Of a DNA stretch of 64,000 nucleotides, positions 38,347 to 50,760 are shown one piece after another. The stretch spans positions 9,302,001 through 9,366,000 of the forward strand of contig NC_045697.1 in assembly GCF_009834535.1 (NCBI RefSeq). Reading direction: 5' to 3'. Source of the stretch: Camelus ferus. Taxonomy: Eukaryota. Positions within the stretch are counted from its first letter, which is position 1. Every line of letters begins with the position of its first letter. A program made the position numbers and the translations under genes. The notes beneath the pieces were generated by a model. It was not told the origin of the DNA and ran no database searches. It saw only the letters and a list, made by a program, of their open reading frames with translations.

Positions 38347-39038
38347 AGTCTAGACGGCTTGTTGCATCTGGCTCAGGATCCATTACTGACTGTATTGAGA
38401 CAGTCTTCGAGAAAATTTGCTGTCTAATCACCCCTGATGAATGGCAAAAGTGAACTTGGTTCAAAGTGGGAGCAGCCCAGCAAGGATACTTGGATGCAAA
38501 TGGGAAGCTAAAGCAGAAATCTAAAGGAGAAATAGCAGACATCCAGGTCTTGTGGGACAATGTTTGTGGCTAATGGGCATATATGCCCAACTAAGGTACC
38601 TCAAAGACACTATCTGGAGATGCAAGATTTGTTCCCATTTACTAAATCCATTGGATGTCTCAGTCATCTCCTTTCTGGGGAAGATAAAACTTTAGGGCTA
38701 GAGAAAAAAAATCAAAATGCTTTAGTATTTGATTTTTTTCAAATATTATATTGTTGTCCATTTAAAGGTACCTGGAATAAAATGTGTCAAATAAATACCA
38801 GCTATTATTGGTACTATTTTTGATCCCATCTGCTGGAGAGTCAGTCCAAGGCTCCCCAGGTTTGGTAAGGATTGACTCAGACACTGGCTGAGGCTGCATC
38901 TGTAGGTGACAAACCTCTGTGAATGCTGCTGAGAGGAAAGTTAAGAAAGCTCAGAGGTTTTGTGAGTTTCCTAAGGTCTCTTGCTTGCATGAGGTGCATC
39001 TGGGACCATTTCTGTCTTCTAAATGTTCTTTCCACAAG

Positions 39039-39449
39039 CAGAGCCAGGACTAGCCTAGGATGAGGCTAATAAGGCACTCAAGTCAGGCATGAAACTTAAA
39101 GGAACACCAATATAACTCAGTAATCAAAATAAATAATTTTATATGAGATACTTTTTAAATTAAAAGGTAATGCAGAATGTTCCATAATGAGCAAAATATC
39201 AAAAGGTTAAGCAAGACTCGATATACTGAGCCACACTATAGCCTGAGGCAAAATCTTTAAAATCATTAATGATAATCTTTATTTAAAATGTTGACATTTT
39301 TTTCCACCATGGATGCTTGTTGGGGCTTAATTTTGATTTTTTTTCGAATATTGCATTAAAACATTTTTTATCATGGTTACTGGGTTTTAGCGTCTCTTTA
39401 CATCCTGCGTCCAAGAGGAGTGCCTTCCGTAACCCTAGTCTTGGCTCTT
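39039..39449. mobile_element. MER96B-like hAT MITE
   Basis: TIRs CAGAGCCAGGACTAG / CTAGTCTTGGCTCT; internally palindromic AT-rich arms (ACTCAGTAATCAAAATAAA ... TTTATCATGGTTACTGGGT). Confidence 0.75.
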
Positions 39450-40304
39450 TCACTAAATCTTCTTTCTGTTTTGAATATATAGATCCTTGCCTCTAAGTAA
39501 TGATGCTGAGTTTAAACTGAGTCTTATAAAAAACCCTGTTCCAGTCTTCAAGTCACACAGTGGAGAGAAAAGTAGAAAGGAAAGAAAAGAATGAAACTTC
39601 TCTTACACTGTTTTTAGAACATTCCAAGTGAGTTTTGGGGACCATGGATTCTATCATTCTTTCAGCTGTCGGACAGCTCAGATAGCAGGGTGCCCTTTCT
39701 CCATCAAATGAAAAGAAAGAAAATACAGCTCTTCCTGCCTTTGTAGAAATACAGTAAAAATATACTTGTTATGATTGATCTCTCGCTGCACTCACTGTTG
39801 TGAACTGAATTATGTAGTCTCGTAAGCTGTAACCGAATCATAAATTAACTCCTGGAGCCATAAGGAGATTCATTTAAGGGCTATAATCTTTGAGATCTGC
39901 TATAGGGGGAGTTCAGGGCTGGAGGACAGGGTTCTGCTTTTCTCCTCTAATTTGGGGGACTTGGGAAATGCAGAGAAAGTATAAAAATAAGAAAGTAATT
40001 CCAGGTCCCCTTGGAATTGAAATTACAATGATTGCTAGCTCAGCACTTAGACACTGCGTAAGGCTGAAGTTCCCACACACTGACCATGCTAATTATCTCT
40101 GCCCGTGCAGCGACTCAGAGCCGGCACGGCAGGCACTGCAATCCGGTTCACTTGTGAGCATGACTCAGGAGCACAGATTGGAATCAGTTACCCTCCTGGG
40201 CTCAGGCAGAAACAGAAAATGAAGGGAATTTAAAAGAGGCCACGGAAGAATGACCTCTAAGTTACTAACTGGGTCGCTTTCATATATTCTCACGTGCATA
40301 TGCG

Positions 40305-40640
40305 TTTTATTTATTCAACACGCATTCGCTTAGACATCGCTCTTAACCAGACACTGTGCTGAAAACTGAGGCTATGAAGCCCAGCAAAGACCCAGAAAGT
40401 CCTGCCATCACAAAGCCTATAGTCTATTAAGGAGGGCAGATTAATTACAGAAAGTAGAAGAAAAATTACAGGACTTAGAAGGTGCTACCAGGAAAGGCAT
40501 CTGGTGTCATGATCGTAGGTAATGCATCCCTGACCAGGCCAAGGGGCCATGAGATGTTTACTGAAGAAGTGGAATTTGAGTGATTATAAATTATAAGTAG
40601 AAGGGAGAGAATGGGGTACCTTCTAGGCAAAAGGACTAAT
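40305..40640 (-). mobile_element. L2 3' fragment
   Basis: TTTATTCAACACGCATT...CCAGACACTGTGCTG...GTCCTGCCATCACAAAGCCTATAGTCTA. Confidence 0.65.
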
Positions 40641-41439
40641 GTGCACCTAGCATGGTGTTTAAGATGAGGTACATTTGGGTAACATTATAACATTTTAGAA
40701 AGAAGGGAAGTAAAATCAGTGAGGTTAAGTACTTCTCCTATGTTTGGCTCGTAAGTGGTACAGATCTGTGTCAATCCTTGGTTTGCTTCATTCAAAACCC
40801 AATTCTTTCTCCATGTTTTTCCCCTGTGAACAATGGGTCATTAGGAAAACATTCTGAATGGAGAAACTGGTATTAAGTTCAGCTATTAAGGATGAGAAAA
40901 TCCATCTTAAGGCCTTATTATTTTTAATTGAACTTCTGCAAAAATCCAGAGAGAAAGTTCCACCTCCCCAGTTGATTCTGTAAAAATTCCAATATCAGAT
41001 AATTTGGCATTCTGAATCTCTGCTTCCTACTTGGTCCTGCAATGGTGAAATAAGATAATGTTCTTTCATGTTGACAATAGCAGTCCTTGGTATCAAAATT
41101 AGAAATGTGTTTTTTAACTCAAAATGATCTCCACCTTCATTACCCTCTTGCTGCTAAAGAGTGGCTGGATCTGTGTTTCTGTTTTGTCTACAGCTCTGGG
41201 TTTTGTCTGGGCTCATTTGCTGGGATTCATTTTTGAATAGAAAGTACATTTCTGTGTCCAGATCACAAGTATGACCTTGACTCGATTTTTTTTTTAATCC
41301 TTTGAGGGGAACTTCTGAGTTCCCCACATATAAATAGTGAGCACTTTCACACTAAGACATTTTGTTGATGGGGTTCATATCAGATATTTAAAGCAAGTGG
41401 TGAGAAAAGGGCTCTTATTTAACTAAAAAAGAATCAGGT

Positions 41440-42100
41440 TAGTATAGTATAGTGGACTAGAAATTTGTTAACTTTGGAGCTAGGCATAGTGTAAAATCCT
41501 AGGTTTGTCCTTTCTTCCTTTTTTCATTTATTCATTCATTCAATAAAGATTTATCAGAATTCTATTACATGCCAGGTGCTGTCATAGGTACAGGACATAC
41601 AGGAGGAAGCTTCTATTCTGAAACTTCCATTCTAATGCAGACATAGAAAACAAATGAATAAGTAAGTGTGTTTTGTACATACAGCATGTGCCAGTTAGAT
41701 GATCATACTGAAATATATCACCATCATGACACAGTCTGCTATCTCCGTAACACTGGCACTGTTATTTTCCCCATAAGCAGATGAGAGGGAAATAAGGCCC
41801 CCAGACTGTAACATGGATGAGGCAGTTATGTCCCTTAGAGTGCCACGGTGGTCAGCAGTTTACTGAGAAGGCGACGTTTCAGCAAGTTTGTGAGGGGTTG
41901 CAGGGAGACATCCACACAGCTCTTGGGGAAAGTGAAAGGGCATTTTTTAGGAAGAGAGAATTTTTTTTTTTTTTTTAGAGCAGAGGAAAATTAGCTGATA
42001 GGATTCCAGAAAGAACAAAAAGGTCACTGCAGCTAATGAGGGAAAGAATTGTAGGACAAGGGTTAAAACTTTAATAGGGTGCTCAATCCAATAGAAAGGG
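41440..42100. mobile_element. MIR 5' fragment followed by antisense L2 fragments
   Basis: AGTATAGTATAGTGG...CTTTGGAGCTAG (MIR head); TTCATTCATTCAATAAAGATTTAT...ATGCCAGGTGCTGT (antisense L2 tail). Confidence 0.65.
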
Positions 42101-42577
42101 GCTCAGTCAGTATAAGTTCTCCATATTTTTTTTTTTTGGAAAAAAAGAGAAAAACAAACAAAACTAACCAAATAAACAACAACTACAACTTTAGAGTACT
42201 CGTCTTCTGGTCCTAAGTTGAATGTTCTTCCCTTTACACAATATTGTCCCTCCACCCCCATCCAGATGATGCCAACCTGTGGAAGAAGTTGAGGTACTGA
42301 GATGTGAGAATGGTCTGAGGCAGTTCACATTTCTGTGGGAGGCGGTATCCTCCACCTGCTTTGCTCTGCCCTGCATTGCTCTGCCCTACATTCTTAGCCA
42401 TGGTCAGCCCAATGCATGGTGTGACCAGTATTAAAAGATAAATAAATGGCCAAACCATTGACAATAGTGCAGGAGTGGGGAGGCCTCTTTTAGCCACCCC
42501 TAACACCTACTTCTCCATACTAATCACCATAGAAAATGTTATAGACATAAGAATTATAGAAACAGAATTGTCAATCA

Positions 42578-43040
42578 AAGTGAAGTAAGCCAGAAAGAGA
42601 AAGAAAATACCATATGATATCACTCATATGTGGAATCTAAAAAGAAAAAAAAAGGAAAAAAGAAAAAAGAAGACACTAATGAACTCATCTATAAAACAGA
42701 AGCAGACTCACAAACATGGTAAAAATTTTTATGGTTACAGGGGGAAAGGGGGTGGGGAAGGGATAAATTCTGGAGTTTGAGATTTGCAAAGGTTGACTGA
42801 CCACTATATATAAAAATAGACAAAAACAAATTCCTTCTGTATAGCACAGGGAACTATATTCAATATCTTGTAATAACCTTTAATGAAAAAGAATATGAAA
42901 ATGAAAATATGTGTGTATGTATGTGTGTGTGTATATATATATATGTTCATGTATATATATATATACATGAATAGGACTTTATGCTGTATTCCAGAAATTG
43001 ACACATTGTAACTGAGTATACTTCAACTAAAAAAAAAAAA
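42578..43040 (+). mobile_element. Young lineage-specific L1, 5'-truncated (ORF2 end, 3' UTR, poly-A)
   Basis: AGTGAAGTAAGCCAGAAAGAGAAAG...ATACCATATGATATCACTCATATGTGGAATCTAAAA; G-rich tract 42740-42762; poly-A at 43029-43040. Confidence 0.92.
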
Positions 43041-43135
43041 TCTCCGTTCAATAATTTAGGTAACTTTAATAAAATACCAATTTGAAGACAAAAAATGAAA
43101 CATAGACTCATTTAAAATATATATTTTATACGTAT

Positions 43136-43538
43136 TTCTTTTTTAATTTCAGATTTATTGAGTACAATTGACATGCCAAATTATAAGATATTTAAAGTGT
43201 AGATGAAGATGATTTGATATGCATATACATTGTAAAAGGATCCCCCCATCTAGTTAATTAGCACATCCATCACGTCATATTTTTATTTTATTTTCTGGGG
43301 AGGTGAGAACATTTAAGTTTTACTCTCTTGGCAAATTTCAAATATGCAATACAGTGTTATCACCCTGTTTTACATTGGAGGCTCAGATTTTATTCATTTT
43401 ATAGATGAAAGTTTGTGCACTTTAACCAGCCTCTCACTGTGTCTCCAATCCTGGGCCCTGGCAGTAACTTTTCCACTCTGTTTCTATGAGGTGGACTTTT
43501 TTTTAGGTTTCACACATAAGAGATACCACGCAGTATGT
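43136..43538 (-). mobile_element. L1MA9-like 3' end
   Basis: TTTATTGAGTACAATTGACA...GGTGAGAACATTTAAGTTTTACTCTCTTGGCAAATTTCAA...CACATAAGAGATACCACGCAGTAT. Confidence 0.85.
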
Positions 43539-44239
43539 GAATTTCTTATCTTTATGATTTGTGTTCATTTAGGGAAATCTGAAAATCAGCAAACACTTTT
43601 TAAAATTCCCTCACATCCTGATGGTCCCCATTCTAGGGTCACTATTATTTATCAATGAGATTGAAATGACAAATCCATTGGGAAATAACCACAGAAAAAT
43701 TATAATCAAAATATTATCATCATTTCTAATATACTTGTGTTTGATCATGTGCCTTGATCCCTGGACAGAATCACATTTTCTAATTCTTTACCCCAAATTG
43801 ATTTGGGATGTCCCGCTTAAGCATGTACTTTGCCAGCTGTAAGAACTGCAGCCTCACACCGCTGATCTCTCACAGCAGAGTAGGAAAGGAGGTCCCGGTT
43901 CTCATCCTGGTGCAGAACCAGAGGTCAATTCATCAAATTTACTCCATTTCCCAATTTCACCAACCAGATAACTCATCTGGGAGTGGAAAGAAGAATAGTT
44001 ACTCTTTTACCAATACTTCCAAAAGAGTAGGTACTCCTGTTTTATGACCAAATAAGAGTAAAAGGAAAGGTGAAAAATAATTTCTTATAAAGTGATATTT
44101 TAGGATCTAAACTTTCATAATTGTGTGCATGTGTTCGTATTTTAGTCCTTCATACATTTCGTCCAATTTTGGTAAATGTGTCTTTATATAATATATGATT
44201 TTATATGCATATGTAAACATACATAGATATCCAATGAGC

Positions 44240-44640
44240 ATGAGCTTAGACTATTAAGATATAAAAGGACTTAAAAGTTATCTAGTTCAATATTATTTAA
44301 GCAATACTTGAATTCACTTGGAAACATCTGTACCCTGGGATCATAAGACTATCTCAGTAAAACTTTGTGTAACTCTGACCTCTCTTTCTTTTTCTTTCTT
44401 TCTTTTATTTTTGCTCTGACCTTTCATTTCTCCTTAAAACTTGTTGAAACATTTTGTCTTGTAATTTAAGTATATGGGTCCCAATTTTTTTCTTTGGCCC
44501 TAATAAGACAGTTGCCTTTCCAAATGTCTATCCATCAGATCTTAAAAGCAAAACAACAACCAAAAAAAAAAATCTGTTAGGTCTTCTATCATCTTGTCTT
44601 ATCTAGGCTAAATAGTCCTAATTTCTTCAATATATTTCTT
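44240..44640 (-). mobile_element. Possible L3/CR1 relic
   Basis: AAGGACTTAAAAGTTATCTAGTTCAA and TCTTATCTAGGCTAAATAGTCCTAATTTCTTCAA resemble antisense L3. Confidence 0.4.
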
Positions 44641-45438
44641 GCCAAGAACAAGCAATTAATACTCACTCTTTTGATGTCCATAAGGTGAAAGGGAGAATAC
44701 GACAGAGGACTCTTCAGTTAATAACCACATCCCCTCTCTTCCAGAGAAAAGAGTTTAAGTTGTCACAGAAAGCAACTTCTTACTGTCCCTTCACAATCCA
44801 GCCTCCTTGCTAATGAGGTCTTATTAATGGTATAAAAATATCTCTTTCAGACTATTTCTTTTATTAAGTATAGAAATTAAATTAAATGTGCTCATTAACG
44901 TCATTAGAAGTATGAGGATATTTCTCCTATTCAGTTTGTATGGACCTGGGACAGAATGCCCATGAGTTTAGGATAAACGGAGGTAAGAGGCAGCATCAAC
45001 GCCAAAACCCCCAAACTGAATGATTAATTTATCTTGTGAATGATATGATATCCAATTAATCAGGCAAATTAATTTAGACCAGGTGTGAGATCCTACCTTC
45101 ATTTGTACAACCTTACTTCACGTGGGACTCAGGCAAACTAGAGCCCATTCTGAGAAAACCAGGTGGGATTTCAAAGAGATTTGAATTCAGGGGTTGTGTC
45201 TGTCTGGTCAGTGTTGCTTCCCTGGTGTCAGGTGCATTGTCCAACACATAGCAGGCACTCAGTAGATAAAAGCCATCAAATGAAAGGCACTTGAAGTCTT
45301 TTTATGTGGAAGGAATCAAATTGTCTTTGGTAAGAGAAGATTCAGAGAGAACATGGAAATGTCCTTCAAATGTGCTGTCCTTTAGGAAAGGGGTCGTTTA
45401 TGTTAGTCGGAACTCAGGATATGTTTTAAAACAAAGTT

Positions 45439-45627
45439 TTTCATATGATAAACACTGTGGTTGGTGAAATATATATATTTATATTTTATTCAAATATATA
45501 AATGTACATATATACATTTTACATATATACATTTATGTCATATATGTTTATAACATCATGTATTTCGCCAACCACAGTGTTTGTGATTTGAAATTCAACA
45601 CACACAGTTATATATGTTTGAATAAAA
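45439..45627. repeat. Interleaved inverted repeats
   Basis: 45439-45471 vs 45561-45593: 29/33 complementary; 45484-45505 vs 45604-45627: complementary apart from a 2-nt indel and 1 mismatch. Confidence 0.85.
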
Positions 45628-45829
45628 GTGCTCTCTGCCCTCTAAAAATAGTGAGGAGAGCAGTAGACTTTGGTTGATTTTTGCTAGTGTGACCAAGACT
45701 AATGAGTGGAAGCTACAGAAAATGAAGTGTTGATTTCATGAAAAGAAAACTTTGCCACTTCTCCATAACTTTCTTCTGTTTGTCTAGAAGGCTTGTGGCC
45801 ATTCTCTTTTCTCAAACTAACCATCTCTC

Positions 45830-46110
45830 ATCAGTCTGCCTGGCAAACTGCTACTTCTCCTTTAAGACTTAATTTAACAGTCATCTCTTCTGCAAAGCTT
45901 TCCGTGACTTTTGGGAAGATGGCCAAGATCCTGCTGGACTTTACATGCTTCCTTTAAAATACACCATCTTGTGTCATAGTTGTTGCATGTCTGTTTGCCC
46001 TACCAAACATTGCTGCTGGAATCTGGCCATACCTCCTGAGTCTCACAAGGCATTGGTTAAAAGTCATGCTCAATAATACATTTATTGCCTAAATGAATAA
46101 CTGAATGAAA
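45830..46110 (+). mobile_element. L2 3' end
   Basis: TCTGCCTGGCAAACTGCTACTTCTCCTTTAAGACT...ATGCTCAATAATACATTT...AATGAATAACTGAATGAA. Confidence 0.7.
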
Positions 46111-46148
46111 GTCTACTTGAAAGAGATAGTGGTAGAAAGTTGAGAGGA

Positions 46149-46171
46149 GGGTGTGGGGAGCGGGGTGGGGG
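46149..46171 (+). other. Canonical G-quadruplex motif
   Basis: GGG-TGT-GGGG-AGC-GGGG-T-GGGGG: four G-runs with 1-3 nt loops. Confidence 0.7.
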
Positions 46172-46539
46172 AGTTACTGGCTGCAAGGCTCCCTCAGCCC
46201 CAGCCTTGGCAGTCACACATAACCACATTGACCCATGACCTGCATTCTACTGCTCAAAAACCAGCCACAGGACTAGCTGGATTCTAGGGGAGACAACTAG
46301 GTAAGGATGTGACTACTGGGAGGCATAAGTCACTGGATGGCCGTCTTTAGAGAGAAGTTACCGTATGTTCGTCATCTGTGACTGAGAGAATTGATTCAGC
46401 TGGTCTGAGAGTATTTCTTCTTGCTCTAATAATTGTATTGTTTGAATCGTTTAGAGGATTATGAGACGTTTTACTTTCGTCTTTGGTCTTATAAGGATGA
46501 TCTACCCTTCTCCATCTCAGTCAAAGAAAACATCTAGTC

Positions 46540-46772
46540 CAGGGGTCAGCAAACTTACTTTGTAAAAGGCCAGATAGACAGTGAATACATTAGATTTTGC
46601 AGGCAACAGAAAGTCTCTGTTGCAACTTCTCAGCTCAGCACCAATAGCACAAAAGTGGCTACAAACTATATACAAATGAATGGATATGGCTGCATTCATT
46701 CCAATCCTGCTTTACATACAAAACATATAGAGGGCTGGGTTTGGCCCTCAGACTGTAGTTTTACAGTTCCTG
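46540..46772 (-). mobile_element. Near full-length MER58A-like MITE
   Basis: CAGGGGTCAGCAAACTT...GTAAAAGGCCAGATAG...CCTG; decayed 8-bp TSD ATCTAGTC / AAATAGTC. Confidence 0.85.
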
Positions 46773-46854
46773 AAATAGTCTAGCAAGTAGCAGCTTCCGC
46801 TCAAATGACAAGAGACTTATTCTTCTACTTGTCACAACAACAGTGACAAAATCC

Positions 46855-47005
46855 TAACGGGAGAAAATAAAAACAACAAACTTTTCCCGATGCCAACTGA
46901 TGACAATTCATTCCTTGCTGTTTTTTTTTTTTTCTATATTTTAAAGGAATGTATTGTCATCAGTTGGCATCGGGAAAAGTTTGTTGTTTTTATTTTCTCC
47001 TGTTA
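46855..47005. repeat. 62-bp near-perfect inverted repeat, 27-nt loop
   Basis: 46855-46916 vs 46944-47005: 60/62 Watson-Crick pairs; exceptions G46859/T47001 and T46908/T46952. Confidence 0.97.
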
Positions 47006-48502
47006 AAATATGGATAAAATATGACTTACATATATAAATCTAAACAGTTATAAACGGAGACAAAGGCATTGCTGATAATGGGTAATTTTTACTGAGCAGT
47101 ACTATAAATAATAGGATAATGATGACATTATTTCATATTCACTATTTCTCCAGTGTTTCTGTTTCTAATTTATTTCCCATAAGATTTGAAGATAGAGCCA
47201 AAGTATTATCTGGAAGTGACATGATTGCAGGAGGGTTGCCAGCTACCACGGAAAGCTGACAATGCCTTCTGAGCAACTTGGAGCCATGGGTTTTGAGGGG
47301 CTAAACAGTTTTTTTTTTTTATAGAATACGAGTTCCATACTCTATAAATCAATTTTAATGAAATACACATTTGTTTTCTTCAGTTTCTAATCTTGAAATA
47401 GGTTCATGTTATGGGCCAGGAGGAAAATAGATTGAGTACGCCAACAACACAAGGTCAGTGTGAAATTTTTTCCAGTTGAGTTCCTCCTGGAGTTTGGTGA
47501 GCTGAAGGATTTTGATATTTCTTCTCCTTTTCTTGTTACCTGACTAAACCTGCAGGCTTGTGATTTTGAACAATCTGAGCAGTGCAGGCTCGTGATTTTT
47601 CTGAAGATGTTTCCTAGATCATAAGTATTTTGTGACATAGAGTATCTATGGGCACATAAAGAAATTAATATTATTTCTAAAAAACTGATCCTGTAACCTG
47701 ATACACCTGATTCTCAGGAAGCTATGTTGAGTGTCCTAAATCTCTTCAATGCAAAGTTAAAGGAATAGATTATTGGAGTTTGGAAGGGCTGAATTAGCTA
47801 TCTTGATTTATTGATTGTTAAACTCTGTGTCTATTGCTATCTCTATATTTACATTTTCCATCTTTCCAGATGACCGTGTCTTTCTACCCTACTATATGCT
47901 GTATGCAGGAAGTCTTAGACTGAGATGCCTACAGACACCACACTGGCAAAAGACAAAACAAAGTGAAATGATTGTACATAAATAAAAAATAATAAAGAAA
48001 AATAGCACCAGTCTTCACATTCATAGGGAACAGAGAATATGACAGAAAAATTGTGAATCTGGAAAGTGCATGCCTCATCCTGGGATGGAAGGGACAGCCA
48101 TTACTTATTTCAGTTAATTGTGCTATGTGGAAGTGCAGATGCAGTGATTCCATTTCTTCTGAGTGTGAAAAAGAAGCTTTATCTTCCAATTATAATGTGA
48201 AAGCTTCTAGTTTTTAAATAAATATTTTAAGAAAGCATATTGTGGGCCAAAAATTTTACTTTTGTAAGCCAGACTTGCACTGTGGGTCATCAATTTGGGA
48301 CCTCTGCTGAAGCTCCATGAAGAAGTATCTCATCTGATGTTTGTTTAATTTTTATTGCTGCACTACTTCAATTATCATAGTGAGTAGAACATACAAGATG
48401 CTTAATAAATATTTGTTGAGTGAATAAACAAGCAAGTGAATTGTGGTTGTGACAGGGTACCTGTATAAAGCTTCATTTTAAGTGGAGTCAGAATATTAAT
48501 TT

Positions 48503-48995
48503 CTATATCAGTTAGTACTTGCTGCATAACAAAAATCCCCAAAACTTGGTGGTTTAAAGCAGCAGCTAATTATTTGTTCATAATTCTACTTAATTCTACA
48601 TAATTCTACTTAATTTGAGATGGCAAATTAAGTAGGCTTAACTGGGACAGTTTATTTCAGCTCAATGTGGTATTTGATGGGATCATTCATGAATTTGTCA
48701 TCAGATGTCAGGTTGCCTGAGAGCTGGCTGCTCCTGGGTGAACTTACATGGCTGGGGCTATCCACTGGAGGACATCCACATGGCCTCCCCAACAAAATAG
48801 AACTCCTTTACACAGCAACTGCATCCAGAAAGGTCAGGCTCAATGTGCATGCATTAATCAAGCCCCTATTTTTGTCACATCTGTTGCTTTCCCCATAGGC
48901 CAAAGCAAATCATGTGACTAAATGCTGGGTCAGTGTGGGAGAGAATTGCACAAAGTAATGTGATTAGTTAGGGATAATTAATATATTAATCCACT
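48503..48995 (-). mobile_element. MLT1G/H-like MaLR LTR
   Basis: TATCAGTTAG...TTGCTGCATAACAAAAATCCCCAAAACTTGGTGGTTTAAAGC...GGCCAAAGCAAATCATGTG; contains (TAATTCTACW)x3 at 48581-48610. Confidence 0.75.
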
Positions 48996-49939
48996 TTAGC
49001 ATGGAACATTACATTTTTAATATTATTACCATGTGTACAATAAACATATACTTTAAGGAATTAGGAAGACAATTTCTCCCTAGGCTACAAAGAAACACAA
49101 CTTCAGTGTCAGCTTCCTCTCTCCCTGAGATGACTCAACTCTGATAGCCAGAAAATAATATTGGTCTACTTCGTTCTCTCATCCAAACACAGCATTAACA
49201 CTTATATTTCCATTCAGGTTGTCCTATGACACCAAGCTTTGTTGTGACGCTGGTCAATGTTGTTTTTCATTTAATCAAAGACACTGTCTTCTCTGCATGG
49301 AAATAAGACCTCCCACTCATTTTACATAGGTCAGTGAACAGCTATCAGATAGTAATGACTCATTACTGACCTCATCAGGGAGGATTTGAACCAATGAACT
49401 ACAGGTGAAGGGTTCTCTATCCCATTAGCCTGGGGACATTTTGTTCTTCTTGGAGACATTTTATTCATCTCAGAGAAGACCTAAGTCTAAAGAGTATTTG
49501 TTGCCTCACATCAGCCATATTAGATACACATTAATTATTCTTTTTAATAACAGCAAAAGAAAGACTATAAGTTCTCCTAATATATTGAAAAATCTAACAT
49601 TGAGCTGAATATGGGGAAAATTAACCTCAAAGCAGGAGGGGCTGTGAGAGGCAAAAACAGTAATTTTCACATATTCATGTTTGGTCAGTTTTTCAACACA
49701 CATTAACTGACTGACTGCCTTGGATGCTAATGATGCATAAATGGGAATGAATGTTTCACATCCTCAATTGTATGGAATCTATGGTTATAGGAAGATGTAG
49801 TCTGTAGAGGGGAAGATAACTGTTCTGGAGTTGGGAACCAGGGGAACTGGGGTCTACTTCTGGCTTCTTCAGTAAGTCACTGTTTGATCTTGGTTAATTA
49901 ATTCCACTTTTTGAGAACACTGGTTTCTTTGCATGCAAG

Positions 49940-50170
49940 AAGGCAATTATTGAACACCTATGGTATTTTTCACTTGTTCTAAATTGATTTTCACAGCATT
50001 CATATAAGAATGGCAGTTTTACTTCTGCCTTATAGATAAAAAAAAATTGAGGCTCAGAAATATTTAAAATTTGATAGGATAGCACTCAATTAATAAGTAA
50101 CAAAGCTGGTATTTGAAACTAGTTTTGATCTGGCTCTGGTGTTTGTCTACTGTTCATTTTACTGCCATGA
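49940..50170 (-). mobile_element. MIR
   Basis: TTATTGAACACCTATG...TTATAGATAAAAAAAATTGAGGCTCAGAAA...AGCTGGTATTTGAAACTAG. Confidence 0.7.
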
Positions 50171-50349
50171 CTCCTCCTCATTGGCTGAAGACCTTTTTAA
50201 GACCCTACTACGTTGATTTAGTCTATCAACCTTAGAACTTGTTCCATGGTCAGCACAAATGGCCATGCATGATCTAGCTCTGCCTTGGAATCATTGTTCC
50301 TGCATAAAAGGTAGTAGGATGAGTGATGTCTCATTTCATGTGAATACCC

Positions 50350-50760
50350 CAGTATTAGCCAGAATAGACCAGATGATGCAGCAGTAACATTTTAATCCCT
50401 CCCCCATAATCTCTGAGACTCCACACTACAAAAGTTGATTTTTTGCCCACGTCACATGATCTACATGAGTTGATGATGACTTCTGATTCAAAAAAATCAC
50501 AAAAGTGCCACCATTTTATAACTGCCCCATGTAGAATTCATGGCTTTCTCAATCAGGGAAAGAGACTGGAGAATGATGCAAGTTCTTGGCTAGGTTTCTG
50601 CTCAGAAGTGGAATGTGTCATTTATGATCATATTGTATTGACTAAAATGTTCTATTGTTCTAACCAGTTGCAGGATAGCTGAGAAGTATCATCCTCTGTG
50701 TGCTTAGAAGGGGAAGATAATTAAATGCTGGTGAATATTTACTAGTTATGCCTACCCTCC
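50350..50760 (-). mobile_element. Old MaLR LTR (MLT1J/L-like)
   Basis: TATTAGCCAGAATAGACCAGATGATGCAGCAGTAACA...ACAAAAGTTGATTTTTTGCCCAC. Confidence 0.5.

Noticed and set aside
39039..39449. Long imperfect palindrome
   Set aside because: Explained by a known MER96B-like MITE
48581..48615. 10-bp unit x3 (also a 12-bp unit at 13217 and a 13-bp unit near 57544)
   Set aside because: Slippage duplications inside TEs; no spacers, not CRISPR-like
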